The notes: a model not told the origin generated them from the sequence alone. A stretch of DNA of 32,000 nt from Candidatus Saccharimonadota bacterium (GCA_016700015.1 CP064995.1:420001-452000); one strand, 5' to 3'; positions 1 through 9,415 are shown, counted from the first letter of the stretch. Numbers and translations: made by a program.

Positions 1-1073
1 TAAGCGTGGTCGCTCGTCGTCAGTCGTCGCCAATCCGCGATGAGATCAGTATCATTACTACGAAGAATATCACCCTCGAGCGCGTAGAGGTGGTGCATGG
101 CTTCATGCTGCATACTATTGCCAAGCCAGGCAGTTAAATCACGCTCGGTATCGGCCCAAGTCACCGTATTCGGCACACTGACATCATCTGCAGGCTCAAA
201 GACATCACACGCTTCGCTCACTGTGTAAAAAGTATTAGCATCGTTGGCTAGCCATTGACGTACGAACTCTTTAAAGAAGTCAAATATACCGGTATCGGCC
301 CACTGGTGCTCGCCAAATGTCTCATAGTCCATAAAGAGATTAATAATTTCACCCTCATCACCAAGTGCACTATTCGTCCACTCGTTAAACGTATCGGCTT
401 TAAGCGGAAATTGCTCCCAGTCTTGATTACTAAAGCGAAAGGCTAGGTCATCGCTCAGACGATAGTTCTTCATAAGTAACCGGATGTTTTTTGTGCCGGC
501 TGGTCGATACACATAGTTTGGGCTACGCCAACCGAGTACCGGATCCCAACCCTCTGCCAAGATACCTTTGTAGCCATAGTTGTCGGCCCACTTAGCTAAT
601 TCATCGTTATATGCTAGCTCGGTGTTACGGAACACACCGGTCTCGACACCAAAGAGTTCGCGAACTTTCTGGCGATGTATGTCAACCTGACGCTCAAATT
701 CGCTATGGGTATAGAAAAAGGCGAGTGAGTGATAGTAGGTTTCCGAAACAATTTCGACGCGTCCACTTGCTACTAGCCCCTTAAAGCTTTCAAGTACGTC
801 AGGTGCCCATTGTTCAGCTTGCTCGATAAACGTACCTGTGATGCTAAGTGAGACCTTAAACTGTGGGTGCGTATCGAGCAGCTCTTTGAGTAGCTTATTC
901 ATCGGTCGATACGATTTTTCGGCTACCTTTTCAAAAATAACTTTGTTGTCTCGGTGCGTCTCGCTAGTACCCATGAAATACTCATGGTTTACAGCCGTGT
1001 CAAACACAGTATAGTCACGCACGCGCCAGGGCTGATGTACGTGCAGATAGAGGACAACGCCACGACCTATCAT
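1..1073 (-). CDS. glycoside hydrolase family 57 protein (alpha-amylase/branching-enzyme-like); C-terminus cut by window edge
   Basis: Not in the ORF track because it runs off the window. My own minus-strand translation from ATG 1073 gives MIGRGVVLYLHVHQPWRV...SGRVEIVSE...FRNTELAY...MDYETFGEHQW...WRRLTTSDHA. The HQP, GxxEIV, TEL and DYETFGE blocks match GH57 conserved regions. The start overlaps the upstream stop (ATGA). Confidence 0.75.
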   Translation of the reverse strand, partial: MIGRGVVLYLHVHQPWRVRDYTVFDTAVNHEYFMGTSETHRDNKVIFEKVAEKSYRPMNKLLKELLDTHPQFKVSLSITGTFIEQAEQWAPDVLESFKGLVASGRVEIVSETYYHSLAFFYTHSEFERQVDIHRQKVRELFGVETGVFRNTELAYNDELAKWADNYGYKGILAEGWDPVLGWRSPNYVYRPAGTKNIRLLMKNYRLSDDLAFRFSNQDWEQFPLKADTFNEWTNSALGDEGEIINLFMDYETFGEHQWADTGIFDFFKEFVRQWLANDANTFYTVSEACDVFEPADDVSVPNTVTWADTERDLTAWLGNSMQHEAMHHLYALEGDILRSNDTDLIADWRRLTTSDHA

Positions 1074-2299
1074 GCTGTTGCACCCACCTTCATGCGGCGA
1101 TAGAGAGCCATGCATTTACGGGCAACATCGTTCCACGACAATTTGGCATATTCGTTTTTGACATCTGTTTTCAATGACTGCTTAAGGGCGGGCGAGGTGG
1201 CGATACCAACCAGCTGATCAGCAAGCTTGTCGATATCCCAAAAATCATAGCGAAAAATACTATTCAGAACCTCACCAACACCAGACTGTTTGCTGATAAT
1301 CAGAGCGGTATCGTGGTGTGCAGCCTCGAGTGCCGTCAAGCCAAACGGCTCGCTAACACTGCTCATGACAAATATATCAGCAACATTGTAGGCGTCACGC
1401 CACTGCTTACCACGTACAAATCCCGTAAAGAATACTCTGTCAGCAACTCCAAGGTCAGCAGAAAGCTGTATGAGTTCATCGCGCTGCTCGCCATCGCCAG
1501 CCAACACCAAGGCAAGTTTGTCATATTTCTCGCAAGCCCTCGCAAACCCACGCACAAGGTTAACAAGCCCTTTTTGGACAGTGAAGCGAGTAACAGTCGA
1601 TATAACCGTGTGACCCTCGGCACGAAGTGCCTCTAGGTAGCGATAGGTGCGCCCATCGTAGTCATAATTACCCATTGTTGTTACATCGATAGCATTGTGA
1701 ATAACTTCAATTTTATCAGCTGGGATACCATACTTATGAACAATGATGCTCTTTGTAATGTTGCTGACGGCGATTACTCGGTCGGCCATCATGAGACCTT
1801 GATATTCAATTTCATGTACAATCGGATTGCCGCCGCCAAATGTACCAGCACGATCAAACTCGGTAGCGTGAACATGAACGACCAGTGGGGCGTCGGTAAG
1901 TTGTTTAGCGCGCATACCTGCTTCTATTGTCAACCAGTCATGAGCATGAATGGCATCAGGGTTGCCGTTCTTTTTTACGAAACGCTCGACAAATGCAACA
2001 TAGCGCTTTTGGACACCGCGCATCGACTGAAGATCGTTTGCATGAACTTTACCGAGATCGGGCTGATCAACATATTTGGTGTCGTAGGCGCCCATTATAC
2101 CAAACTTATGAATAGGATTGAGGCTCGTCGCCGAATGAATAGTCATGTATTCGGTATCAGGGTGGTGTGCAGAATAGGGAAGAACAAAGTCGATTTTGGC
2201 ACCATGTTGCGCCAGTGCTTTGCTCATATGGTAGCATGCGACTCCAAGACCCCCACTGTTGTGCGGAGGAAGTTCCCACCCTAGCATTAATATGTTCAT
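1070..2299 (-). CDS. glycosyltransferase, GT4/GT5 glycogen-synthase-like
   Basis: 409-aa ORF. The N-terminus MNILMLGWELPPHNSGGLGVAC and the C-terminal SEPFGLTALEAA block are typical of retaining GT-B transferases. It is coupled to the GH57 gene. Confidence 0.75.
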   Translation of the reverse strand: MNILMLGWELPPHNSGGLGVACYHMSKALAQHGAKIDFVLPYSAHHPDTEYMTIHSATSLNPIHKFGIMGAYDTKYVDQPDLGKVHANDLQSMRGVQKRYVAFVERFVKKNGNPDAIHAHDWLTIEAGMRAKQLTDAPLVVHVHATEFDRAGTFGGGNPIVHEIEYQGLMMADRVIAVSNITKSIIVHKYGIPADKIEVIHNAIDVTTMGNYDYDGRTYRYLEALRAEGHTVISTVTRFTVQKGLVNLVRGFARACEKYDKLALVLAGDGEQRDELIQLSADLGVADRVFFTGFVRGKQWRDAYNVADIFVMSSVSEPFGLTALEAAHHDTALIISKQSGVGEVLNSIFRYDFWDIDKLADQLVGIATSPALKQSLKTDVKNEYAKLSWNDVARKCMALYRRMKVGATA

Positions 2300-2496
2300 T
2301 TTACTTCACACGAACGATAGTCCGCCCTGTCCCCTCGTGGTGTTATAGGTCATTTCCTGTCTATTATAGCGATTGGCTTATGCTTTTTGCAACAGATTAT
2401 GTGAAAAATATCACAAGCGGTATAAGGTTTTCCACAGTTTTATGATTTTCAGCCGTGGCGGTAATGTACCACATCTGGTATAATTAGCGTTTGTAC

Positions 2497-2572
2497 AGGG
2501 GTGTAGCTCAATTGGTAGAGTAGCGGTCTCCAAAACCGTTGGTCGTAGGTTCGAGTCCTATCACCCCTGCCA
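2497..2572 (+). tRNA. tRNA-Trp (anticodon CCA), CCA end encoded
   Basis: Hand-folded 76-nt cloverleaf. Acceptor AGGGGTG/CACCCCT, D stem GCTC/GAGT, anticodon loop CTCCAAA, T arm GTAGG-TTCGAGT-CCTAT. An extended -10 (TGgTATAAT) lies at 2476-2484. Confidence 0.9.
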
Positions 2573-2609
2573 CGAAATAAGCCAGGCATTTGCTTGGCTT
2601 ATTTCGTGG
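2552..2609 (+). repeat. repeat copy 1: tRNA-Trp 3' 21 nt plus long hairpin
   Basis: CGAGTCCTATCACCCCTGCCA (2552-2572) is followed by an approximately 18-bp hairpin CCACGAAATAAGCCAGG/CTTGGCTTATTTCGTGG (2570-2609). Confidence 0.85.
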
Positions 2610-2740
2610 TCGAGATATTAGTCGAAGCTACGACCAACGAAGTTGGTTGGAGGTGAGAAATGCCAGTGGCATTTCGCAAGGACGTCAGCCGGAACAAGCT
2701 GTGCTTGTTACCGCGCTGCGTCGGGGTCGCGGAACGTGAC

Positions 2741-2794
2741 CGAGTCCTATCACCCCTGCCATAGAAATAACCGGCTTTGATGCCGGTTATTTCT
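2741..2794 (+). repeat. repeat copy 2: orphan tRNA-Trp 3' end plus homologous hairpin
   Basis: The identical 21-mer occurs at 2741-2761 with no upstream tRNA body. It is followed by a 13-bp hairpin AGAAATAACCGGC/GCCGGTTATTTCT (2763-2794). Confidence 0.85.
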
Positions 2795-2808
2795 TGTATT
2801 AAAGCCTA

Positions 2809-4398
2809 CTAGCGTATTGCACGGCGACTTGAAGCATAGTAAGTCGCTGCACCAATAATACTACTGAGGCCGACGCCCCCACCTAGCACGTCGGCAAGGC
2901 CGGTATGAGGAAGCTCGACAGGCTCGTCTGCCTTGGGGTTCGGTGTAGACGCTTCACACTTGCTCATATCTGTCGTGTGTTTGGTTTCATCGTAGTGATT
3001 CTTTGGCAGTGTTTTCTTTTCTTTGGTCGCAATGACACACACGTAGATATCCCCACACTTGGTGATATCGGTTGTCATATGACTTTCGTCATAGTCGCTG
3101 CGGTCAATAGTGATGATTTTGTTCGTGCTAGTGTCACAAACCGTGATGTTTTCTTTCGTGGTTGTAGTGGCGTCGTCACAATCATCTGGGCTGCCGGGTA
3201 CAGTTGGCGTATCGACACACACGGTATTTTTGTGGGTGCCACTAGCATACTTCGCATACTTTGCGGTAAGAATGAACGACATACTTTCGCCAACTTTTAG
3301 TTCAGTAATGGTGTAGGTCCAGTTATTGTCCTTTACCATACCTTCACTGGAACTTAGTAGCGTCACTTCTTTTGGCGCTTTGTCGGTGACAACAGAATTC
3401 TTTAGCGCGACATTACCGGTGTTGGTAACTTTAATCTCGTACGTGAAAGTTTCGCCTACTTTTACCACTGCTGTTTTGCTGCCATTGACAGTCTTTTCGA
3501 TACTAATTTTGGGCTTGTCTTCGGTACAAAGCGGACTGTCTTTTGGTAAGTTTTCTTTGCCTGGTACAGCACAGGGTTCGACGGTGACAGTGACAAACTT
3601 GGCACACGCATCGCTCGAAACATTGCCGAGACTCGTCAGTGCGATCGCCTGAAGTTTGTAGGTACCTGGCGTCGACAGAGTCATCGTAACCGTACTTGTC
3701 GATTGGCCAGTGGCACCCGGAACACCAGCGATGGTGTTGCCCGCCGGACCGTAGGCATAGTAGTGAATCGCGCTGATCGTGGCACCACCACTTGCAGAAG
3801 CGCTGCCGGTAAGGCGGAAGGTCGTACGGTTAATTGTGTCAACCGTCAGACTATTACACGTTGCGACTGGGACTTCAACCGGTGTCGCTACTAGCGCGTT
3901 ACCACAAGAGTACATAACAGCAGCAACAAATTTACCATTGGCATCGAACCATATATGAACGGCAATCGCATCAACACCTGCGGCGTAGTTGGTACCGGTG
4001 TAGCGCTCGTAGTAGGTATGACCATTGATATTGACCGCCCAACTACCACTACTGTATTGACGACCAACACTAATCGCTTTGCGTGCAACGACCTTGCCGC
4101 CATAATATACATCACCCGCCTTGGTGACGTATCCTTGCTTTTGTGTGCGACCATTGATCATACCTGCGCTAATGCCGTAGTGGTTATATAGAGCGGGCAG
4201 GTCACCAGTCTTGTTGGCTGCATATTTTGCAGCTAACTCATCTGAGGTAATAGCACCACAGTAAATAATCGAGTTATTATCACAGTCGCGGGCAGAAGGG
4301 TTGAGGGCATTTATTGAGTCGCCCGCAATCAGCGCATAGCCCGTAAATGACACAACTGCCGCTACTACACCTACTAGCAATGATTTTAGTTTGTTCAT
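2809..4398 (-). CDS. LPXTG-anchored cell-surface protein with DUF11/CARDB-like Ig-fold region
   Basis: N-terminal signal/TM (MNKLKSLLVGVVAAVVSF). The C-terminus has LPHTG, a hydrophobic stretch and RRAIR, which is a sortase signal. The block KVGETFTYEIKVTNTGNVALKNSVVTDKAP is DUF11-like. RBS GAGGAGG. Confidence 0.8.
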   Translation of the reverse strand: MNKLKSLLVGVVAAVVSFTGYALIAGDSINALNPSARDCDNNSIIYCGAITSDELAAKYAANKTGDLPALYNHYGISAGMINGRTQKQGYVTKAGDVYYGGKVVARKAISVGRQYSSGSWAVNINGHTYYERYTGTNYAAGVDAIAVHIWFDANGKFVAAVMYSCGNALVATPVEVPVATCNSLTVDTINRTTFRLTGSASASGGATISAIHYYAYGPAGNTIAGVPGATGQSTSTVTMTLSTPGTYKLQAIALTSLGNVSSDACAKFVTVTVEPCAVPGKENLPKDSPLCTEDKPKISIEKTVNGSKTAVVKVGETFTYEIKVTNTGNVALKNSVVTDKAPKEVTLLSSSEGMVKDNNWTYTITELKVGESMSFILTAKYAKYASGTHKNTVCVDTPTVPGSPDDCDDATTTTKENITVCDTSTNKIITIDRSDYDESHMTTDITKCGDIYVCVIATKEKKTLPKNHYDETKHTTDMSKCEASTPNPKADEPVELPHTGLADVLGGGVGLSSIIGAATYYASSRRAIR

Positions 4399-4576
4399 GG
4401 GGCACCTCCTCGCGCAAAAAACAGGTTATTCTCTTTTGTTTATACCAATGTATTTACAATTTGTCAATAAGCTATAATAATATATAACTCTTATGCTTAC
4501 ATGGTTAGCCTTATAGGAATGATGTAATTTACGCCTTTACGACCAAAAACAACTAAGAAATTGCTATACTTAGGGT

Positions 4577-5149
4577 ATGCAATCGTTACGACTGGCGCGT
4601 CCGCACGCGATTATGATGGTAGGTATCCCAGGCTGCGGTAAAAGCTTCTTTGCTAGCAAATTTGCCAACATGTTCCACGCGCCCTATGTAGATAGCCTCG
4701 CACTCGAGGCATTGGCGAAAGATAGCGAGGCAGCGGGCAAGCTTATTTCGCTTGTCATGGGAGAGTTATCAAAAACGGGACAAACATTTATATTTGAAGG
4801 AAACAGCGATAGTCGAGTACGCCGAACAGAATTTGCCAAATGGGCCAGGTCAAAGGGTTTTCAGCCACTTCTTGTATGGGTACAGACCGACAAAGTGACT
4901 TCTCTGAACCGCACACTAAAAAATGGTATGCTTGACCGTGATGAATTTGCCGACTATGTACGTGATTTTAGCCCGCCACACCCCGACGAAAAGCCACTTG
5001 TTATCAGCGGCAAACACACCTTCAACAGCCAGCTCAAGGTAGTGTTGGCGCAGCTTAGCCGTGAGAATCGCCCAGAGGCTACTCAACCAGTAGTACTAGC
5101 CGCTGCTGTGCCTCCAAGATCCACGACACGTCCAAGTATCGTGAGATAA
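4577..5149 (+). CDS. P-loop ATPase/kinase (AAA_33 / zeta-toxin-like fold)
   Basis: Walker A GIPGCGKSF near the N-terminus; 190 aa. TGcTATACT lies 6 nt upstream of the ATG with no SD. Confidence 0.6.
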   Translation: MQSLRLARPHAIMMVGIPGCGKSFFASKFANMFHAPYVDSLALEALAKDSEAAGKLISLVMGELSKTGQTFIFEGNSDSRVRRTEFAKWARSKGFQPLLVWVQTDKVTSLNRTLKNGMLDRDEFADYVRDFSPPHPDEKPLVISGKHTFNSQLKVVLAQLSRENRPEATQPVVLAAAVPPRSTTRPSIVR

Positions 5150-5152
5150 TGT

Positions 5153-5851
5153 ATGGCAAGTTTTGTCGACGCAGAATTTGGTGAAATCACTATTCGACGC
5201 GTGGCCCATGCTCGATATGTGCGCATAAAGGTACGTACTGATGGTCGGTTTGAAGCAACCGCACCACTACTAACTCCGACGCTTTTCATCAAAAAGATGG
5301 TAACTGATTCCCGCGCCAAGCTGCGCAACCTCGCAGCGCATACTAGTATTATGCACCCCTACGTCGATGGCCAGCAGATAGGAAAGGAGCATGCTATCGC
5401 CGTTATCCCCACAACTATGGTTACCAGTGCGCAGGTAAGTACTCTAAGGAACCGGATCATCGTCAAACTACCCCCAAACTCCACGCTTGCTGACAAATCG
5501 ATCCAGCAGTCCCTTCGAGTCGCCGTGGCCAAAATCTTACGCAAAGAAGCACGCGAGTATTTACCAAGTAGACTGTCGGCGCTTGCGAGTACTCACGGCT
5601 TTCGCTACGCAAGACTTCGCTTTAGTCATAGTGGCGGTCGCTGGGGTAGCTGCACTAGTCAGGGCACCATTAGCCTCAACATCGCGCTCATGAAGCTACC
5701 CGACACACTGATTGACTATGTTCTCATCCACGAACTTTGTCACACCAGACACATGAACCATAGCCCCGCCTTCTGGCAAGCTGTTGAAACAATCGACCCG
5801 CTCTACAAAACCCATCGTAAGCTCCTCAAAAAACACACACCGATTATATAG
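5153..5851 (+). CDS. DUF45/YgjP-family zinc metallohydrolase
   Basis: C-terminal HELCHTRHMNHSPAFW (HExxH) in the typical YgjP context; 232 aa. Sits 3 nt after the preceding stop. Confidence 0.75.
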   Translation: MASFVDAEFGEITIRRVAHARYVRIKVRTDGRFEATAPLLTPTLFIKKMVTDSRAKLRNLAAHTSIMHPYVDGQQIGKEHAIAVIPTTMVTSAQVSTLRNRIIVKLPPNSTLADKSIQQSLRVAVAKILRKEAREYLPSRLSALASTHGFRYARLRFSHSGGRWGSCTSQGTISLNIALMKLPDTLIDYVLIHELCHTRHMNHSPAFWQAVETIDPLYKTHRKLLKKHTPII

Positions 5852-5890
5852 TCTTGTGGCAATAGCCATATGCGGTATAATATAGCTATT

Positions 5891-7507
5891 ATGAAAAAAC
5901 GGGCGGGGCTCAATGTCAATCAGCGGACTGCGGCGATCGTTCGTCTAGCGGGACTTGTCTTGCCGGTTATGTTGCTGCTGTATGGGCTTCTTATCCAGAC
6001 AGGGGTGATTGTTTCGCCACACTACGCCGGCGACTGGGTATTTCTTGCTATCGCCATATCCTGGCTAGGCTTGAGTATATTTCAGTTTCTAGTGCTACCT
6101 AAATCTAGGCGTATGTCTGCCATCAGATTAATCCTCTTCCACATTCTTGCCGCACTCTATTTATTGTTTGTATCGGGATTCAATATGCCGTTTACCGTCG
6201 GGTGGATTGTACTGCTACTAGCCTCATTTGCCTACTTTTCGTCTGATGGTCTGTATCTTAGTGTATTTGGGCTATTTGCGACCGCTCTCGCCGACATACT
6301 GCTCCATATTGACAACCCAGACTATATTATCCAAAACATACTCTACTTTGTCGGCACACTCGCAGTAGGTCATATCGCGGGCTCGATTAGTAAGGCGCAA
6401 GAAATCGACCGCGAAGAACTAACCCGCAGCCAGGCGGAGGAGCTGCTACAGCGTGATCGTATGATCACTATTGTCAATAACCTCGCCGACGCGATACTCA
6501 GCACCGATAAAAATGGCGTGATACAGGTCTACAACGCAGCATGCCTAAACCTCATTGATACCAACACCAGCCTCGAGGGACAGAAGATCGACGCTATTTT
6601 GCCGCTTATCGACAAAGACAATGCGCCGTTCAAGTTTACCCGTGAGCTGAAAGCCGCTTCGACAGTGCAAAATAGAGATGACTTGAGTCTCAAGATCGCG
6701 GGCGAGCTTATACACCTCAGTGTCATCTACTCACCAATTCGTGGCGTCGATAGTCATGGTTCTGACGGTTCTGACGGCTACATTGTTATTCTACGCGACA
6801 TCACCAAGCAAAAATCACTTGAAGAAGAGCGCGACGAGTTCATTAGCGTCGTCAGTCATGAGCTGCGCACACCAATTACCATTGCCGAGGGCACACTGAG
6901 CAACCTGCAGATTATGATGGATCGGAGCGATATCCCCACGACTACGCTCCAAGACAATGTGAAAGTTGCACATGACCAAGTACTGTTTCTTGCCAAAATG
7001 GTGAACGACCTGAGTACACTAAGCCGTGCCGAGCGTGGTGTCGCCGATGCCCCAGAGGCTATCGATGTGAGCGCACTCATCCACGACCTCTACAACGAGT
7101 ATGCGCCGCAAGCCGAGGCCAAGGGATTACACTTCAACCTAGACCTTTCGCCACAGCTTGGCGAAGTAGTAGCGAGCCGCCTATATTTAAAAGAGCTGCT
7201 ACAAAACTTTGTCACCAACGCAATTAAATATACCAAAGAGGGTGAGGTGGTTGTCAGAGTGAAAAAGCACGATGACACGCTTGACTTCAGAGTATCTGAT
7301 ACCGGAATCGGCATGAGCAAGAGTGACCAAGCACATGTGTTCGAAAAGTTTTGGCGTAGCGAAGATTACCGCACCCGGGAGACGGGTGGTACGGGTCTCG
7401 GCTTGTATGTTGCAAGAAAGCTTGCAAAGAAACTCGGTGTTACTATTGAAATGACCTCTCGACTCAACCACGGGTCGACGTTTGGGTTTAGTATGTCACG
7501 TCGCTAG
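5891..7507 (+). CDS. membrane sensor histidine kinase with PAS domain (no adjacent response regulator)
   Basis: N-terminal hydrophobic helices, a PAS-like block (ILSTDKNGVIQVYNAACLNL), H-box SHELRTPIT, N-box NAIKYT, G-boxes DTGIGM and GGTGLGL. The start was moved to ATG 5891 because TATAAT (5876-5881) lies downstream of the track start. Confidence 0.8.
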   Translation: MKKRAGLNVNQRTAAIVRLAGLVLPVMLLLYGLLIQTGVIVSPHYAGDWVFLAIAISWLGLSIFQFLVLPKSRRMSAIRLILFHILAALYLLFVSGFNMPFTVGWIVLLLASFAYFSSDGLYLSVFGLFATALADILLHIDNPDYIIQNILYFVGTLAVGHIAGSISKAQEIDREELTRSQAEELLQRDRMITIVNNLADAILSTDKNGVIQVYNAACLNLIDTNTSLEGQKIDAILPLIDKDNAPFKFTRELKAASTVQNRDDLSLKIAGELIHLSVIYSPIRGVDSHGSDGSDGYIVILRDITKQKSLEEERDEFISVVSHELRTPITIAEGTLSNLQIMMDRSDIPTTTLQDNVKVAHDQVLFLAKMVNDLSTLSRAERGVADAPEAIDVSALIHDLYNEYAPQAEAKGLHFNLDLSPQLGEVVASRLYLKELLQNFVTNAIKYTKEGEVVVRVKKHDDTLDFRVSDTGIGMSKSDQAHVFEKFWRSEDYRTRETGGTGLGLYVARKLAKKLGVTIEMTSRLNHGSTFGFSMSRR

Positions 7508-7519
7508 GACGATGACCGT

Positions 7520-8305
7520 TTACTTTATCTCAATGGCCTCAAGGTACTGGGCTACAAGGGTCTGAGTGATACGCATATACCGTTCGATACCTGTGGCATC
7601 TTCTGTGTAGAGTGGTCGATAATGTACTCGATCACGATGATACACGTCACGGCGCCGGTCTGCTGGATCTGGTATATACGTGCCGCTCTCATCGTATAAT
7701 GAACGAGTCCCATTGATCTCTCGATAGGTAACACCGCCATTTGGCAACCTCTCTCTTTCATCCTCAGACCATTCCGCAGAATAAATGTCTGGCTCCGAAG
7801 CAAAAAACTGCGGCTCATGGGGGTCGCCATGAGCAAGCGTTTCGTAAAGGTATCCGTCAGTAGGGAGCAATACGTGCAGCATACTGTCGTGTGGCCTACC
7901 GTACGCATCAAGCTGCTTCGGCTGGGTAAATCGACAGCCGAGAAACATCCCAAAATCAGAGCCAGCTTGTGATGCAGAAAAACGATATGGTACTTCTTCG
8001 CCATCCCTATTGATCACTATGCTCTCCCGAGTTACATCACACCCCGCCTGCTCATAAAGAACGCGTACGGCCTCTTCAAGCCCAAGCATTGCCAGCGCGA
8101 GACGGCGATTTGGCGTATCTCTTGTCTCTATCGCTGTCTGCCACACATTGCATTTCTCGAGCATTACTCGCTCCTCGTCTGTCAACGGATGCTGGAGGAG
8201 TTCATCAGTCTCAAGGCTCAAAAATGCGCGTAACCGAGCAATCGCCCTTTCGCGCTGCTCAAAATCAATTCCATTTGCTAGTGTCTCGTGGGTATTCTTT
8301 GTCAT
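7520..8305 (-). CDS. hypothetical protein (about 261 aa)
   Basis: Long ORF with no motif I recognise. The start is placed at ATG 8305 (MTKNTHETL), behind TTGCAT-18-TACACT and 6 nt. Confidence 0.55.
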   Translation of the reverse strand: MTKNTHETLANGIDFEQRERAIARLRAFLSLETDELLQHPLTDEERVMLEKCNVWQTAIETRDTPNRRLALAMLGLEEAVRVLYEQAGCDVTRESIVINRDGEEVPYRFSASQAGSDFGMFLGCRFTQPKQLDAYGRPHDSMLHVLLPTDGYLYETLAHGDPHEPQFFASEPDIYSAEWSEDERERLPNGGVTYREINGTRSLYDESGTYIPDPADRRRDVYHRDRVHYRPLYTEDATGIERYMRITQTLVAQYLEAIEIK

Positions 8306-8364
8306 ACGGCTAGTGTACCCGACAAAACTCAGGACATGCAACCATGAGAACTATCTGTTTATTA

Positions 8365-8393
8365 TTGACAAAGCTCTCGAGGTGACATATACT
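8365..8393 (+). promoter_or_regulatory. secE-nusG promoter
   Basis: TTGACA (8365-8370), 17-nt spacer, TATACT (8388-8393). A 7-bp hairpin AGTCTGC/GCAGACT follows in the leader. Confidence 0.6.
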
Positions 8394-8443
8394 ACTCTTG
8401 ACAGTCTGCAACAAGCAGACTTATTAAATTGGGAGAAGTGCCC

Positions 8444-8809
8444 GTGGCAAAAGCTAACAACACAAAAGACACTACCAAGATCACTCGCATCTCTGCAAAT
8501 GACTCCGGTTCGAAGTCAAAAAAAACCGTCAAAGCGCCAAAATCCAAGCCAGACTCTAAGCACAAGAGCGAGCAGGCAACAGGCAGAAGGCCTGTTTTGA
8601 CACAGCTGCCCGTGAAAAATCCGCTCAGCCCAATTACTCGCTATGTTAAAGGAGCGTGGTACGAGCTTCGTCAAGTCCGCTGGCCGGACAGGCGTAGTAC
8701 CTGGGGTATGACCGGCGCGCTGATCGCCTTTACCGTATTCTTCTTGGTCGTTATCATACTGCTTGACGCAGGGTTCCAACAATTATTTAAGCTAATCATA
8801 GGGAAGTAA
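8444..8809 (+). CDS. secE: preprotein translocase subunit SecE with Lys/Ser-rich N-terminal extension
   Basis: C-terminal block YVKGAWYELRQVRWPDRRSTWGMTGALIAFTVFFLVVIILLD is the SecE signature plus TM. GTG 8444 is preferred over TTG 8429 because of the GGGAGAAG RBS. The exact start is uncertain. Confidence 0.85.
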   Translation: MAKANNTKDTTKITRISANDSGSKSKKTVKAPKSKPDSKHKSEQATGRRPVLTQLPVKNPLSPITRYVKGAWYELRQVRWPDRRSTWGMTGALIAFTVFFLVVIILLDAGFQQLFKLIIGK

Positions 8810-8815
8810 CCATAC

Positions 8816-9364
8816 ATGGCACAGAAAAATCGTTACGACAGTACCCGTCAGTGGTACGCAATCCACACTTACAGCGGCTACGAAGAAAAAGTTGCCGATA
8901 GTATAAAAACTCGCATTCAGGCAGTTGATATGGCCGACAAGATCTTTGACGCCATGGTGCCAAAGGAAAAGCAAATACAGATCAAAAACGGCAAGCGCAA
9001 GGTTGTCGAAGCAAAGATTTTCCAAGGCTATGTTCTGGTAGAAATGAAGCTTACGGACGAAACATGGTATATTGTACGAAACACCCCAGGCGTCACCGGT
9101 TTTGTGGGTAGTGGCACCGAGCCAACACCTGTGAGCGATGGTGAGATCGCCAAAATCAAGAAACGTATGGGCGTCGAAGACCCCAAGCATCAGATTGATT
9201 TCCAGCCAGGAGAAGTTGTCAATATCACCGACGGTCCATTCAAGGGCTTTGATGGCGCGGTGAGCGAAATTGATACCGCCAAGGGCAAGCTAAAGGTGAT
9301 GGTCAGCATGTTTGGCCGTGATACCCCTGTTGAGCTCGACGCGTTGCAGGTCAAAAAAGTATAG
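8816..9364 (+). CDS. nusG: transcription termination/antitermination factor NusG
   Basis: NGN domain (WYAIHTYSGYEEKV) and KOW motif (GEVVNITDGPFKGFDGAVSEID); 182 aa. Confidence 0.95.
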   Translation: MAQKNRYDSTRQWYAIHTYSGYEEKVADSIKTRIQAVDMADKIFDAMVPKEKQIQIKNGKRKVVEAKIFQGYVLVEMKLTDETWYIVRNTPGVTGFVGSGTEPTPVSDGEIAKIKKRMGVEDPKHQIDFQPGEVVNITDGPFKGFDGAVSEIDTAKGKLKVMVSMFGRDTPVELDALQVKKV

Positions 9365-9380
9365 TCCAGTGTTTTTCACA

Positions 9381-9409
9381 AGCCGCCACCTACTGTGTGG
9401 CGGCTTTTT
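9381..9409 (+). terminator. intrinsic terminator after nusG
   Basis: AGCCGCCAC/GTGGCGGCT stem followed by TTTTT. Confidence 0.8.
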
Positions 9410-9415
9410 GTATTA

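Noticed and set aside
255-2445. Plus-strand ORFs 255-446, 1313-1636, 1697-2284, 1927-2115 and 2167-2445, and minus-strand ORF 1363-1623
   Set aside because: They are antisense or off-frame within the well-supported GH57 and glycosyltransferase genes.
2573-2761. A second tRNA gene, or a tmRNA-like or permuted tRNA, ending at 2761
   Set aside because: Upstream of the 21-nt copy there is no T-stem partner, anticodon arm or acceptor 5' strand. Only the 3' fragment is tRNA-like.
8089-8600. ORFs 8089-8313(+) and 8148-8600(+), the latter spanning the divergent promoter region
   Set aside because: 8148-8600 would run through the secE promoters and into secE out of frame. 8089-8313 lies antisense to the 7520-8305 gene. 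Neither has start signals.
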